58,597 bases of DNA, taken from Chiloscyllium plagiosum (Eukaryota). Made by a program: the position numbers and the translations under genes. The notes under the pieces were generated by a model that saw only the letters and a program-made list of their open reading frames with translations, was not told the DNA's origin and did no database searches. Location: contig NC_057719.1 in NCBI RefSeq assembly GCF_004010195.1, positions 61,188,928 through 61,247,524 on the forward strand, in the 5' to 3' direction. This document shows, in pieces, positions 1-12,057 of the stretch (position 1 is the stretch's first letter; the number at the start of each line of letters is the position of its first letter).

Positions 1-263
1 TAACACATCCTGAGCATGTAAGAGACTTAAATATACACCCTGGTTAGTTGTAGGTTAGATTAGTAGATAGTTGAGTTTTGTCTGTTTGTTTTTTTTGTTG
101 TTTTTTTTTTGGGTTTTTTTTGTTGTTTTGTTTTTTTTTTGTCAAATTTTGGCTATTGTATATTTGAGCTAATTGTATATCAATGTTTATATCTGAGAGT
201 TTTGTTTATTTTGTAAACTTGTAAAAATGTTAAATTTCTAATAAAAATATCTATAAAAAAAAA
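1..263 (+). mobile_element. Probable 3' end of a poly(A)-tailed LINE (L1/Tx1-like 3' UTR)
   Basis: GT/T-rich tract (70-140), AATAAA at 240-245, A-run at 255-263; no coding part in the window. Confidence 0.4.
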
Positions 264-1020
264 CTTATCTTCCCATGTCCCTTTTAGGTGTCCATTTGCT
301 TTTGAACAAGCAGAACATACAATAAATACATTCGTAATGGGATTTCCAGCAGCAGGTAGCCATGGTGAAGGCAGGCACCAAGCAGGGGAATCTGAGCAGT
401 CTCACCATCTCTGGAGGAAAGGGCATTTTGTGTTAAAGATGCTTTATGGAGACAGGGCAAGGCACACAAAGGACATATTCAACCAAATGTGATCAACCAA
501 ATGTGAACTATATTCTTAATTTGATGTAAGTACTCTGTTTTCCTCATTTAGTTTCCCTTTCATGTTTGTTAATGCCTATTACCAGTACATAAAGAATTCA
601 TGCTTCATCATCTTTAAGCCATCCTTACACTCAGATTTTGTATTACATTTCTGGAATAATCGGCAGGACTGACAGTAGAATCATTAAGCCACCTTCAAAT
701 AATGGAGCTGATTCTGGAAGAGTTGCAACTAGGAATGTCCATGAAGGAGAGAAAAACTGTACCTGTTATGATACAGAGACAGACCACCAAAACAAATCAG
801 CCTCCCAGTCCCTGTATTTGTAACGCTGTAAAATGAAAATACCCAATGATTCTCAAAATTAACTGCGATAGTTCCTAACCAAACTTTGTGCCTAACCAAT
901 AACAGACATCAAGTTTATAGTTTGAACAAAATAATTAACAATTTATTATTAATGCAGTAACATTAATTAAACAAGGCAATCCGATTAATGGCTATGATTT
1001 AAGCCCAATCTTTTTTGATT

Positions 1021-1321
1021 CATAGAATCCCTACAGTGTGGATGCAGACGCTTCAGCCCAACAAGTCCACACCGACCCACTGAAGAGTATCCCACCCAAA
1101 CCCACTCCCATACCCTGTTACTGTATATTTTACCCCTAACTAACACATCACTGAACAGTATGGGAAATTCACCTAACCTGCACATCTTTGGATTGCTGGA
1201 GGAAACCCACGCAGACACGGGGGGAATGTGCCCAACAAACAGTTGTCCAAGGCTGGAATCAAACCTGGGTCCCTTGCGCTGTGAGGCAGCAGTGCTAACT
1301 ACTGAGCCACTGTGCTGCCCC
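1021..1321 (-). mobile_element. HE1 SINE (V-SINE superfamily)
   Basis: Reverse complement gives tRNA head GGGCAGCACAGTGGCTCAGT..GTTTGATTCC, V-domain CCAAAGATGTGCAGGTTAGGTGAATT and CR1-type tail CACACTGTAGGGATTCTATG. Confidence 0.93.
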
Positions 1322-3703
1322 AAATTCTAACCCCAACTCATACAAGAACAGTCAGACAAACAGATGCAATTAAGAAATAAATCAGAATGAAAAGTGAGAG
1401 ATTTAACTAGCCAGTTCACTGAAGCAGCTTCCACGTTGCACAGTAATACAGACACATTGTATTCTATCATGCTTAATTTCTGAAGACATCAGTCAATCCA
1501 TATGTCTTCCAGTAGGCTCCAAGAAATATTAATTTAATTGAGATTCTATTCTCAAAATTTCAATAAGTTGATAATGCGAGGATAACCAGGGAGCAATCAA
1601 ACCTCCAACCTCTCGCTTTTGCAGCCACAATCCTTCTAACAAAAACACAGTTCAAAAGTAGTGCAAACTTTGGTTTCTCAGTCTTTTTTTTTTCAACATT
1701 TTCTTTGCTAGGCTCATTGATACCATAATTCCCTGTGTGGCACCAGTTAATATCCGCCATCTGCTTGAGTATAATGCATCTCCAGAACTGAAACATCTAC
1801 AGTGTTCTTTGAACTAGAAATCAGGCTGCAATTAACATCAAGGCCAGGTCTCTTAAACAAATATCAGTTATTCATTCTCTTTTTTAAACAAGTATTGCTC
1901 ACAGTTCAAAGGTCATCAGATCTCAATTCACAGCTCTAAACCAAAAATGAGAAGAATAAAAATAAAGATCATTTAAATTACATATTAAAAACATGTCACT
2001 TCAGATCAAACCAAGCCAGAAGTTCCAGATGCATTCCAGAGGAAGGAAGCTATATTCCTGGCTAGATATCCAACTTGCCAATTTGTAGGAAGCTGGAGAG
2101 ATTTTGAGAAAGCTTGAAAATACCCAATGATCTGGCAATATGTATTAAAGATGCACAGCTGGTTATGATATCTAGGAGCCTAAATGCAAGTGACCAATCT
2201 ATGTTCAAAGTGTGGAAGTACTGATTCAGTACTCAGTACCAACAACTACCAATTTCCAAATGCCATCCTACAACTCATCTGCTTCATCCTTGACCACAAC
2301 GTCTTCACCTTCAACCATCAGTTCTTTATCCAGACATATGCTACAGCCATGGGAACTGGATTTGCACCTCAATATGCTGAGATTTTCATGTACAAATTCG
2401 AGCAAAACTTCTTCGCTGTGGAGGATCTCTGACCATCACTATACACCAGGTACATCAATGACATTTTCTTATTTTGGACTCATAATGAGGTATCACTGAA
2501 GTGACTACATAGCAATATCAACAAGTTTTATCCCACCTAGGGAATCTAATTTAATCTAATCTAATCAGACTTATAATGGACCACACTTCAGAATCAGTCT
2601 CATTCTTGGACACACGCATCTCCAGCAAGGACAGACATGTCAATATCTCACTCTATTGCAAACCCATAGATAACTCTACAATGCTGCACTTCTCGTGCTT
2701 CCACCCTAAACATATTAACAGAGCCATCCCCTGCAGACAAGCCCTGCGCAGGGGAGGATCTGCTCAGATGACGAAGAACGCAATGGACTCCTGAAGAGTT
2801 TGAAGGATGCCCTCATAAGAACTGGATACGGTGCTCAACTTGTTGATCGCTAGTTCCAGCGTGCCACAGCGAGAAACTGTAACAACTTCCTCAGAAGATA
2901 GAGGCATGATACGACAAATACAGTACGCTTCATCATCCAGCACTTCCCTGGAGTGGAAAGTCTACACCATGTTCTTCACAACCTTCAACATATCATTGAT
3001 ATGGGCATCTCACCGAGATCATCCCTATGCCTCCACTTCTTGCCTTTAAACAACCGCCAAACCTTAAACAGACCATCATTCACATCAAACTACCCATCCT
3101 TTAGGACATCAACCACAACACCACACAAATCTGCCAAAGCAACCTCTGCCAGACATGTCAGATCATTGACATGGATACCACCATCACACATGGGAAAATG
3201 ACCCACCATGTACATGGCAGATACTTGTGTGACTCTGCCAATGTAGTCTACTTCATAAGCTGCTTGCAAGGATGCTCGAGGCATGGTATATTGGCAAGAC
3301 CATGCAGATGCTACGAATGGACACTGCACAACAATCACCAGACAGGAAAGTTCCCACCTAGTCAAGGAATACTTCAACGGTCAAGGACATTCAGGTTCCG
3401 ATCTTTGGGTAAGCATCCTTCAAGGCAATCTTCAAGATACACAACAACACAGAATTCCCAAGCAGAAACTGTTCGCCAACTTCCATACTCATGAACATGG
3501 CTTCCACCATGATCTTGAGTTCATGTCACACTTCACGTGACCTCCACCACACTGTTCTATATCTGTAAAGTCTTCCTTACTGTCCTGTTTTGACACCATC
3601 ACCTTGATAAATTGTAATACTCTCTCTACATTAATTAGTTTGTACAATTTTGGATTACTTATTACTTTGTTTTGATCTTCTCCCTATCATATTATTTCAG
3701 TCA

Positions 3704-3894
3704 AATAAAAACCAAAAGAGCTGCGAATGCTACAAATCAGCAGCAAGGGCAGGGGTTGCTCGGAAGGATCAGCGGGTCTGATAGTATCTGTGAAAAAAGA
3801 TCAGAGATAACATTTCGGCTTCATTAACCCTCCCTCTGGTTTTTCTTCACAGATGCTGCCAGACCAGCTGGACCAGTGGCTTCTGTTTGTGTTC
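3704..3894. mobile_element. Short fold-back Penelope-terminus-type insertion inside the PLE 3' UTR
   Basis: Degenerate inverted arms; direct repeats CATATTATTTCAGTCA (3688-3703) and CATATTATTCCAGTCA (3895-3910). Confidence 0.75.
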
Positions 3895-4029
3895 CATATT
3901 ATTCCAGTCATTTGATTTGCTTCTAGCACCACCTTATTTTAAATTTTTTGTAATTATCTCTCTGCCTCATTTAATTGGTTTATAGGTCACCCTTCAGTTG
4001 TTATTCAGCTATTGACACTTTACTCACAC

Positions 4030-4126
4030 CAGAAGAAAGATTCATTCCTGATGAAGGGCTTATGCCTCATTCTCCTGCTCCTCAGATGCTGCCTGACCTC
4101 TGTGTTTTTCCAACACCACACCCTCA
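4030..4126 (+). mobile_element. Short hammerhead-motif Penelope-terminus insertion
   Basis: CCTGATGAAGGGCTTATGCC..CTCCTGCTCCTCAGATGCTGCCTGACC; 13 bp TSD ACTTTACTCACAC at 4017-4029 and 4127-4139. Confidence 0.82.
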
Positions 4127-4476
4127 ACTTTACTCACACTGTCAAACATCCTTGGTCACCTGCATTTGACATTCCATTTGTATGACCTTTTGATCTGTAT
4201 GCCCTTGATCTCTCTGTCCATAAATTCTGTGTTCTGTGTGCTGCCCTCTCACTTCACAAAGGGGCTATTCTCTGAAAGTTTGTGATTTCAAATAAACCTG
4301 TTGAACTATAATCAGGAAAGACCATCAGGAAATATGGAAATTGGTACAGGTGTTTAAAAGTGTTGGAAAAAGATCTCTGAGGTACTAACAAAGATTTTTT
4401 GGGTTAGTGGCAGCTTATGACAACTAAGTTTTTATTAGCATAAGTAAGCTGAAGGAGAGGACCTGGTCTCCAGGTA

Positions 4477-4641
4477 AAAGCAAATTACTGTGGATGCTGG
4501 AATCTGAAACCAAAAGAGAAAATGCTGGAAAATGTCAGCAGGTCTGGCAGCATCTAACTGGGTCAGTTAGACTCGAAACATCAGCTCTTTTCTCTCCTTA
4601 CAGATGCTGCCAGACCTGCTGACATTTTCCAGCATTTTCTC
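4477..4641. mobile_element. Fold-back element with a perfect 40 bp inverted repeat
   Basis: 4516-4555 is the exact reverse complement of 4602-4641; 16 bp TSD ACCTGGTCTCCAGGTA at 4461-4476 and 4642-4657. Confidence 0.88.
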
Positions 4642-4899
4642 ACCTGGTCTCCAGGTACCTGGAGCTGAGGTTGTTCAGCTGCATCATCCTCCAGAATCTC
4701 TCTTCTGCAATGGAAGTACCACACAGGAACATCGAGATGGAGTTGTAAAGACTTAATGGTGACAAATCTCTATTCTTCTTCTTTTGTAATGCAAGATCAT
4801 GTCATCCACATCTTGGGGCGAAATTGGACTTCTGAGACCAGAAAAATGGCTACCAGCGAGGAGGTTTCAGTCAGTGCTAACAAGGATGTAGACCTCAGG

Positions 4900-5560
4900 C
4901 TAAAGAGGCAGATGAGATATCTAGATGTGCAGAAAGCCCTGATACAGTCATTGCTATTGCAATTCAGATCAAGCATATAGTTAAGACAGCGTTACTCACC
5001 CAGGACAGCTTCTGACATTGATGACTACTGCCAACATTGAAAGATGTATTCTTTGGGCAAAGTAGGGAAGCAATTTCACACTAGCTTGGGATCCCTGATT
5101 GTTAAGCAAGCTCCATTGATCCTTGCAAAGGATTTTTAAATTCTTGAACCCAGCACTAATGGGACTGAACACATTCTCTTATACACTGATGTCTTCATCA
5201 AGTTCACATTGGTCAATCCCACCCATGCCAAAAGACTTCAGCTATAGCCAGAGGATTAGTACATAATTGACCTGTCTGTTTGGAGCTCCATGTTGAATTC
5301 ACACTGATCAGGAGTAGAAGTTCAAGAGCAAAATCATACAGGAACCCTGCAAGGATGATGGCATTTTCAAGAGCCATACCACCCTCTAATATCTGGAGGG
5401 TAATGGACAGTGTGAAAGATTCAACCATATGAAGACCTGACTGTACCTGACAATAATGTGGGTGATCCACCACAGAGTCTGGATCTCACAAAGTACCAGT
5501 ACAGATAGAAAAGTCCTCTTGAGCAAATGTTGGACAACACCTGAACTCTTACCATTTTCC
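4900..5560 (+). mobile_element. Degenerate Gypsy integrase remnant
   Basis: Broken-frame translation LEPSTNGTEHILLYTDVFIKF..IHTDQE.KFKSKIIQE..GIFKSHTT..EGNGQCERFNH resembles the rve integrase core. Confidence 0.75.
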
Positions 5561-5819
5561 CAGATCAGTGATGCAAGATTGATGCAAGGTGAGAATGCTA
5601 CCAGAAACATAAACACTAACATTCAAGCCATCATGGCACAATCAAACCTGCTGATAATATAACTGATTAGTAAATTACCACCGCATGCAACATTTAGTTG
5701 CCAGGACAGCAAGTCCCAAGCAGTGAAGTGTGTAACAGGATATGTGGCAATGGTGAGGGAGGGAACCAAGCAGAGGAGCTTAAGCATTTGAATGGACCGG
5801 CTCTAGATTTTGTGAGAGA

Positions 5820-6200
5820 GGAGAAAGTGAGGACTGCAGATGCTGGAGGTTAAACTAGGAAACCAATATTTACATGAATTTAAGCCTGAAATTTGCATTT
5901 TCTAACAACATCTACTTAAAGAAGTCGAAAAGTATTGGTGCTGGAAAAGCACAGCAGGATTGGTAGCATCCGAGGAGCAGGAGAGTCGACATTTCGGGCA
6001 TAAGCCCTTCATCACACCATCATCACATTCCTGATGAAGGACTTATGCCCAAAAAGTCAACTCTCCTGCTCCTCGGATGCTGCCTGACCTGCTGTGCTTT
6101 TCCAGCGCCATACTTTTCGATTTCTTTAAGTAGATGTTGTTAGAAAATGCAAATTTCAGGCTTAAATTCATGTAAATATAGGTTTCTAAGTTTAACCTTC
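5820..6200. mobile_element. Large palindromic hammerhead-motif Penelope-terminus element
   Basis: Arms ~5845-6013 and ~6032-6200 are near-perfect reverse complements; CTGATGAAGG..GCCC motif on both strands at the centre. Confidence 0.85.
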
Positions 6201-6209
6201 ATTTTCTTT

Positions 6210-6345
6210 AATGTTTGTCAAGGGCATGGATTGACAAGTAGAACTGCGATGTTGCTGCTATCACAGAGACATGGTCGAGGAGCTGAAAAAACTGGCAACC
6301 TAGCATTCTGGGTGTAGGACCTTCAGGCAGGCAGGGTAAGGAAAG
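6210..6345 (+). mobile_element. CR1 ORF2 endonuclease N-terminal fragment
   Basis: RAWIDK.NCDVAAITETW motif. Confidence 0.65.
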
Positions 6346-6346
6346 G

Positions 6347-7087
6347 AGAACGTTAGAACAAGGAGTAGGAGAAGGCATTTCAGCCCATCGACTCCATGTT
6401 CCTGTCTGCTTTCCACAACCTTTCAAACTATTACTAATTAAAAATCTGTCCAGCTCCTCCGTAACTTTACTCAATGCCCACCGCACTCTGGGGCGAGTGA
6501 CTGCCACAGATTCACGATCCTTTGAAAGAAGTAATTTCTCCTCATCTTTGTTTTAAATTTGCTACCCTTGATCCTAAAACTATGGTTTCTCATTCTAGAT
6601 TTCCCCACATGAGGAAACATCCTTTTTACATCTACTTTGTAAATCCCCTTTAAGCATCTTCTATACTCACTTAAATTTTCTCTTTTATTCTTCTAAATCC
6701 AGATAGGCTTAAACTGTACAATCTATCTTCATAAAACAAATCCTTCATGTCTGGAATATCAATCTAGTGACCCTCTTCAGAACTGTCTCAATGTAAAGGG
6801 ACCAAAATTGTACATAACACTCCAAATGTAGTCTCACTAATGCCTTGTGTAGTTGCAGCAACACTTTCCTATTTTATACTCTATTTCCTCAGCAATAAAT
6901 TCCAAAATTTCATTTGTCTTCCTTGTTACCCGCTTTACCTGCATACTTTACTGCAATTAAAGTAGGAGGACAACCAGATCCATCTGCACTGAAGCACTCT
7001 GAAATTTTTCTATTTACATAATAAGTTAGTTTTTTATTCCCCTGACCAAAATGATAAACATCACACTGATCCACATTAAACTTCTTC
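6347..7087 (-). mobile_element. CR1 LINE 3' fragment
   Basis: Minus strand KFNVDQCDVYHFG..; ends in the CR1 3' UTR with GTTCT-type terminal repeat. Confidence 0.85.
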
Positions 7088-7094
7088 AGGACAG

Positions 7095-8157
7095 GACAAA
7101 AAGGAAAAGGCACAGATTAACAGGGTCTATTATGGACCATAAAGCCAGAGAATATTGGTAGTGTGTTAAATAAGTACTTCAGATCTGTCTTTACCATGGA
7201 GAAGAAGCACGAAATTACAGGAGTTGAGAAGATGAACTGTGACATTTTGAGCAGATTGGTGTAAGAGGCGAGAAGAAATTAGAGGCTTTGACAGATGTAT
7301 GAGTGGACAAATTCCCAGGTCTGGATGAGTTGTATCTCAAGCTGCTGTGAAAGACAAGGGAGGAAATTAAAATAGTCCTGACCAAATTTTTAATTCCTGT
7401 CTGACTAAAGGAGAGGTGTCAAAGGACTGAAGGACAGCTAGAGTGGTTCCACTTTACAAGAAGGGTGGTAGAGATAGGCCAGGGATTGATAGACCAGAGA
7501 GTCTAACATCAGTGGTAGGGAAACTATTGGAGAAAATAGTGAAGGAGAAAATTATGTCCATTTAAAGCCGCAAGATTTGTTCAGGGGTAGTCAACATGGC
7601 TATGTCACAGAAAAGTCATGTTGAATAAATGGGATGGAATTTTCAAGGAGATGACTAAGTGTGAAGATGAGATAGGACAATTTATATGGCCTTCAGCAAG
7701 ACCTTTGACAAAGTCTCAAATAAGAAATTGATAAACAAGTAAAAGCTCATGGAACCCAGGGTAACTTAGCAAGTTGGCTTATTGGCAAGAAACAGAGGGT
7801 AGTGATAGAAGGCTGTTTTTGTATGACTGGAACCCAGTTGCAGTGACATACTACAGGGACCTGTGCTTGGTTCCTCATTGTTTGTCATATAGTCAATAGT
7901 AAAGCGACATAATTTTAAAGTGAAAGGCAGAAGTTTAGAGGGGTTTTGAGGAAAATCATATTCACCAAGATGATGATAGGAGTCTGCAATGCACTGCCTC
8001 AGTGGGAAATTTCACAACATTTAAAAGTACTTGGATAGGCACTTGAGGTGTCACAACATTTAAGGATATCCATGGACCGAGTGAGGCAAATTGGGACTAG
8101 TAGTCGTGTCTTTTTGGCAGTATAGATCTGACGGATCAAAGGGCTTATACTATGACC
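7095..8157 (+). mobile_element. CR1 LINE, degenerate RT with internal deletion and 3' end
   Basis: KFPGLDELY, RPESLTSVVGKLLEKI, QHG, FSKTFDKV, QGPVLG motifs followed by 3' UTR. Confidence 0.85.
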
Positions 8158-8159
8158 TG

Positions 8160-10300
8160 ACAACAGTGGAATAAAGAGTCCCTACTGCATAATCTTCAGG
8201 CCATCCATGTACTTAAATCACACACTACACAACTCAAGATTGTTATGGAAAATGACAAGGATGGGCCTGAAATGAAATTTCTCAACTGGAGAAAGCCTGA
8301 TTTTAATAAGATTAAATGTGACTTTGTCAGAGTGGATTGGAGCAGGTAAATCTGTCTCAGATCAGTGGGATGCAATCAACAAGAAAATAAGAAGAGTACA
8401 GGACCAACATGCTCCAAGAAAGAAAATGGGTAGGACCAGCAAATCCTGTGAACACTGGATATCAAGGGAATATAAAGCATTGGATTAAGATAAAATGGGA
8501 AGTTTATGGCAGATAGAATTTGCAAAAAGAAATTTAAAAGATTAGGAGAGCAAAACGGGGGGCATGAAAGGATACTGGCAGGTCAAATACTGTAAATTAA
8601 AACCCTTAGTCATTTTACAGGTACACTAAAGGTAACATGATTATGAGGAAAAGAGTATGGCCCATTAAGGACCACAACAATAATTTGTGCATGGAGTCAG
8701 AGGATGTAAGTAGGGGTCTAAATGAATATCTTATGTTGGTATTATATGATTTGGGATAAAATGGGTATAAAAATTAGGAGAAAGTTGGTGATACAATTAA
8801 AGAAATTAGCTCAGACAGAGTGGGTTTCTAAGTGGTATGACAGGCTTAAAAGTTGATAAATATCCAGGGCAGGATGAAATGTATGCCAGGCTGTTGAGCA
8901 AGGCAAGGGAGGAATATTAGGGATGCTTGCAAAAATTTTCAAGTCCTCCCTAGTTGAGGAATGGAGTGCAGCAAGTGTGGTACCTTTATTCGACAAAGAA
9001 GCAAATGATAAATCAAGAAACTACAGGCCAGTCAGTCTAACCTCAGTGGTGGAAAAACTATTGCAAGCAATTCTAAGGGACCGAGTTAATCTGCACCCAG
9101 AGAGACACGGATTAATCAGGGACCGTCAGCATGGTTTCGTTAAAGTCAGGTCATGCCTGGCCAACTTGAGTGAATTTTTCAAAGAGGTGACTAGGTATGT
9201 TGACAAGTGTAATGCTTTTAATGTAGTCTACCCAAACTTCAGCAAGGCTTTTGATAAGGACCCACATGGGACACTGACAGCAAAGGTAAGAGCTCATGGT
9301 ATCCAAGGAAATTTGGTAAATTGAGCCACAATTGGTTGAGTGGCAGGAAGCAGAGAATGATGTTGAGGAGTGTTTTTCCAACTGAAAGTCTGTGTCAAGT
9401 AGGGTCCCACTGGGATCAAAGTTGGGGCCCCAGCTGTTATTGGCTTATAAATGATATAGACTTCCTTGTCAGAGAGTTGATCAATACACTCACACACGGC
9501 ACAAAAATTGGTGGGATGAGACATAATGAGGATAGCCTTTGGTTAAAGGAGGACACGGGCGGGCTGGTCAAATAGGCTGACCAGTGGCATAAATGTGAGG
9601 TGGTGCAGTTGTGCAGGACACAAGGCAAGGGAATACATGAACAATAGGACCTGGGAAACACCGAGAATCAGAGGGACCTTGGTGTGCATGTTCACCAGCC
9701 CCTTAAGGTATCATTGTAGGTGGATAAAGTGACTAAGAAGGCACATGAAATACTTGCCTGCATTAGCCAAGGCACAGCATTTAAGAGCTGGAAGGTCATG
9801 CTGGAACTGTATAAAATGTTGGTCAGGCCACACCTAGGATATTGTGTGCAGTTCTGGAATTCACATTATAAGAGGAATGTGATAGCATCAGAGAGGTGCA
9901 GAGGAGATTGACTTGGAGGTTGCCTTGGCTAGAGATTTCAGTTATGAAGAGAGATTGGACAGACTGGAATTGTTTTCATCAGAGCAGAGGAGATTGAGAG
10001 GGGACATGAGTGAGGTGTATAAAATTATGAGGGGCCTACATAGTGTAGACTGGAAAATATTTGATAGAGGGATCAATGACCATGGGCATAGATTTAAGGT
10101 AGGAATCGGAAGGTTTAAAGGAGATGTGGGGGCAAACTGTTTTCACCCAGATGCTGGTGAGAATCACTGCCTTTAGAAGGTGGTAGAGGCAGAAACTCTC
10201 ATGACATTTGTGCTGCTACAGCATACAAGGCTATGGGCCAATTGCTGGAAAACAAGATTAGAACTGTTAGGTGGTTATTTTTGACCAGCATTTTTCTACA
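8160..10300 (+). mobile_element. CR1 LINE ORF2 pseudogene
   Basis: NYRPVSLTSVVEKLL..QHGFVKVRSCLANL..FSKAFDK; LYKMLVRPHLGYCVQFW; YEERLDRLELFSSEQRRLRGD; many stops and frameshifts. Confidence 0.92.
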
Positions 10301-10738
10301 TGATAGATCTCCATGACAACATCTCAAGATTGATAAAGCTAAACAATGTGAAATATTTGAGCAATGTATTACCCTGACTATTTTGCTGAAATGCATTATT
10401 AAAAGAGATGCTCAAGTGAATGTTTGCAGTTTCTGTCCAACACTACATAAGCATCGACTCAGAGAGGTCACTGAATGGCTGAGGAGGGAAATGGAAAATG
10501 TAATAAAGGTTCTTCTTCTCTGAAGTTGGACTGAGGCATCATTGGGAAATTGTAGAAGAAACTTGACTCTGCATTTAATCATGCGAACCTCGGAGTATTT
10601 GAGAATGTTATCAAGACAGGTAAGCATTCTATTCTGCAGCACAAACCCATAATTTTGATGAGAGATAAATGTGGAGGTTATAGTTTGAAATTCAGCCAAT
10701 GACTAAAACTGAACATTGGCAGTAAAATCATATTTTAC

Positions 10739-11056
10739 TGCGGCACGGTGGCACAGTGGTTAGCACTGTTGCCTCACAGCGCCAGAGACCTGGGTTCAAT
10801 TCCCGCCTCAGGCGACTGACTGTGTGGAGTTTGCACATTCTCTCCGTGTCTGCATGGGTTTCCTCCGGGTGCTCCAGTTTCCTCCCACAGTCCAAAAATG
10901 TGCAGGTCAGGTGAATTGGCAATGCTAAATTGCCCGTAGTGTTGGGTATAGGGGTAAATGTAGGGGCATGGGTGGGTTGCACTTCGGCGGGTCGGTGTGG
11001 ACTTGTTGGGCCGAAGGGCCTGTTTCCACACTGTAATGTAATGTAATGTAATGTAA
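10739..11056 (+). mobile_element. HE1 SINE, full length with (ATGTA)n tail
   Basis: A-box GTGGCACAGTGG, B-box GGTTCAATTCC, V-domain, TTTCCACACTGTA tail. Confidence 0.96.
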
Positions 11057-11089
11057 TTGTCTTGATTATTTATATGGATGTTTTGTTTC

Positions 11090-11462
11090 AGAGTATTTGA
11101 GAAGATTTGTGGCTCAGGTTGTGGATGAGGTTGTTGACTTGCTCACTGAGCTGGTAAATTTGATGGCAAACATTTTGTCATCATTTTAGGTAACATCTAG
11201 TGAGCCTCAGGTGAAGCATTGTTGTTCTGTCCCGCTTGTATTTATGTGTCCGGGTCTGCTGGGGTTGGTGGTGTCATTTCTGATTTTGTTCCTTGTACTC
11301 AACTCAGAACTCCACTAACACACATGTAGAGTTGGCCTCCATATACCAACCACTACAAAACAGAACCAGCAACAAAATCAGAAATGACACCCTCCAAACC
11401 TAGCCGGCCCAGACACATAAATAACAAGCGGGATAGAACACTGGAGGCACAATGAAGATGTT
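11090..11462. mobile_element. Penelope-like 3'-end fragment with inverted duplication
   Basis: ~11220-11292 is the reverse complement of ~11370-11440; peptide NSTNTHVELASIYQPL resembles a PLE C-terminus. Confidence 0.65.
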
Positions 11463-11729
11463 TTAGTTGTCATGTTGATTTTTTTTGAAGGAAAAGGCAG
11501 TTTTTTTCAATTTAAATACATTAGTTCATATCTTTCCTGCATTTACATCATGAAGATTTCCATCCAAAAAATTAACAGTACATACCAATGTTAAGTAGTG
11601 ACAGCATTTTTGAATTTTCTGCAGCTCAATAAAGATTTTTTTCATTTTTAAACAATTTCTTATTGAGGTCTGGAACGTAGATAATGTAGCTCTACACCAA
11701 CAATACACATTCTCACAGTGGAATAAGTG

Positions 11730-12056
11730 TAACAGAGAAAGAAGGTGAGAGGAAAGAGAATAAATACAAAAAGGTTCTAGAGAAACTCAGACATGGTAAG
11801 AGTTTGAACTAAAACAGAGACAGAGTGTGAACTAAAATGTGGGCAGGAAGGAATGAGAGGACCAAGAAAGAGGACACCAGAACAGAATCATTGTGTACCA
11901 GAAAAGAATGAGCAGGAATTAGAACAAAATTATGAATGTAAAATATTGTATGATCTGAAAGAGAGAGAAAGAGCAACAAAGAAAGAGCAAGAGGTAGTAA
12001 GGAGAGGAAAATGAATAGGGACAGAGGCAAGAAAAATATCAGTGAAGGAAGAAAAT
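11730..12056. repeat. GA-rich low-complexity tract
   Basis: Purine-rich AG composition without sustained periodicity. Confidence 0.7.
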
Positions 12057-12057
12057 G

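Larger units (their letters stand above)
2220..4311 (+). mobile_element. Penelope-like element, 5'-truncated and frameshifted RT + GIY-YIG ORF with 3' UTR/pLTR
   Basis: TAMGTGFAPQYAEIFM, RYINDIF (YxDD), SVSFLDTRIS..LYCKPID..FHPKH, NVVYFISCLQGC GIY-YIG region, stop at 3540; pLTR end AAATAAACCTGTTGAACTATAA near 4290-4311. Confidence 0.92.

Noticed and set aside
819..2000. Possible solo LTR starting TGTAAC around the first HE1 copy
   Set aside because: No second copy, clear CA terminus, TSD, PBS or PPT could be identified.
10540..10625. Faint resemblance to an LF-SINE-like segment plus a GTAAG donor
   Set aside because: Too short and diverged to support without a profile search.
10728..11031. 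Recurrent peptides such as LDCGRKLEHPEETHADT (also at 21750 and 32996)
   Set aside because: These are antisense translations of HE1 SINEs, not a protein family.
11809..12030. Hydrophobic ORF resembling a membrane protein
   Set aside because: Artefact of translating the complement of a GA-rich low-complexity tract.
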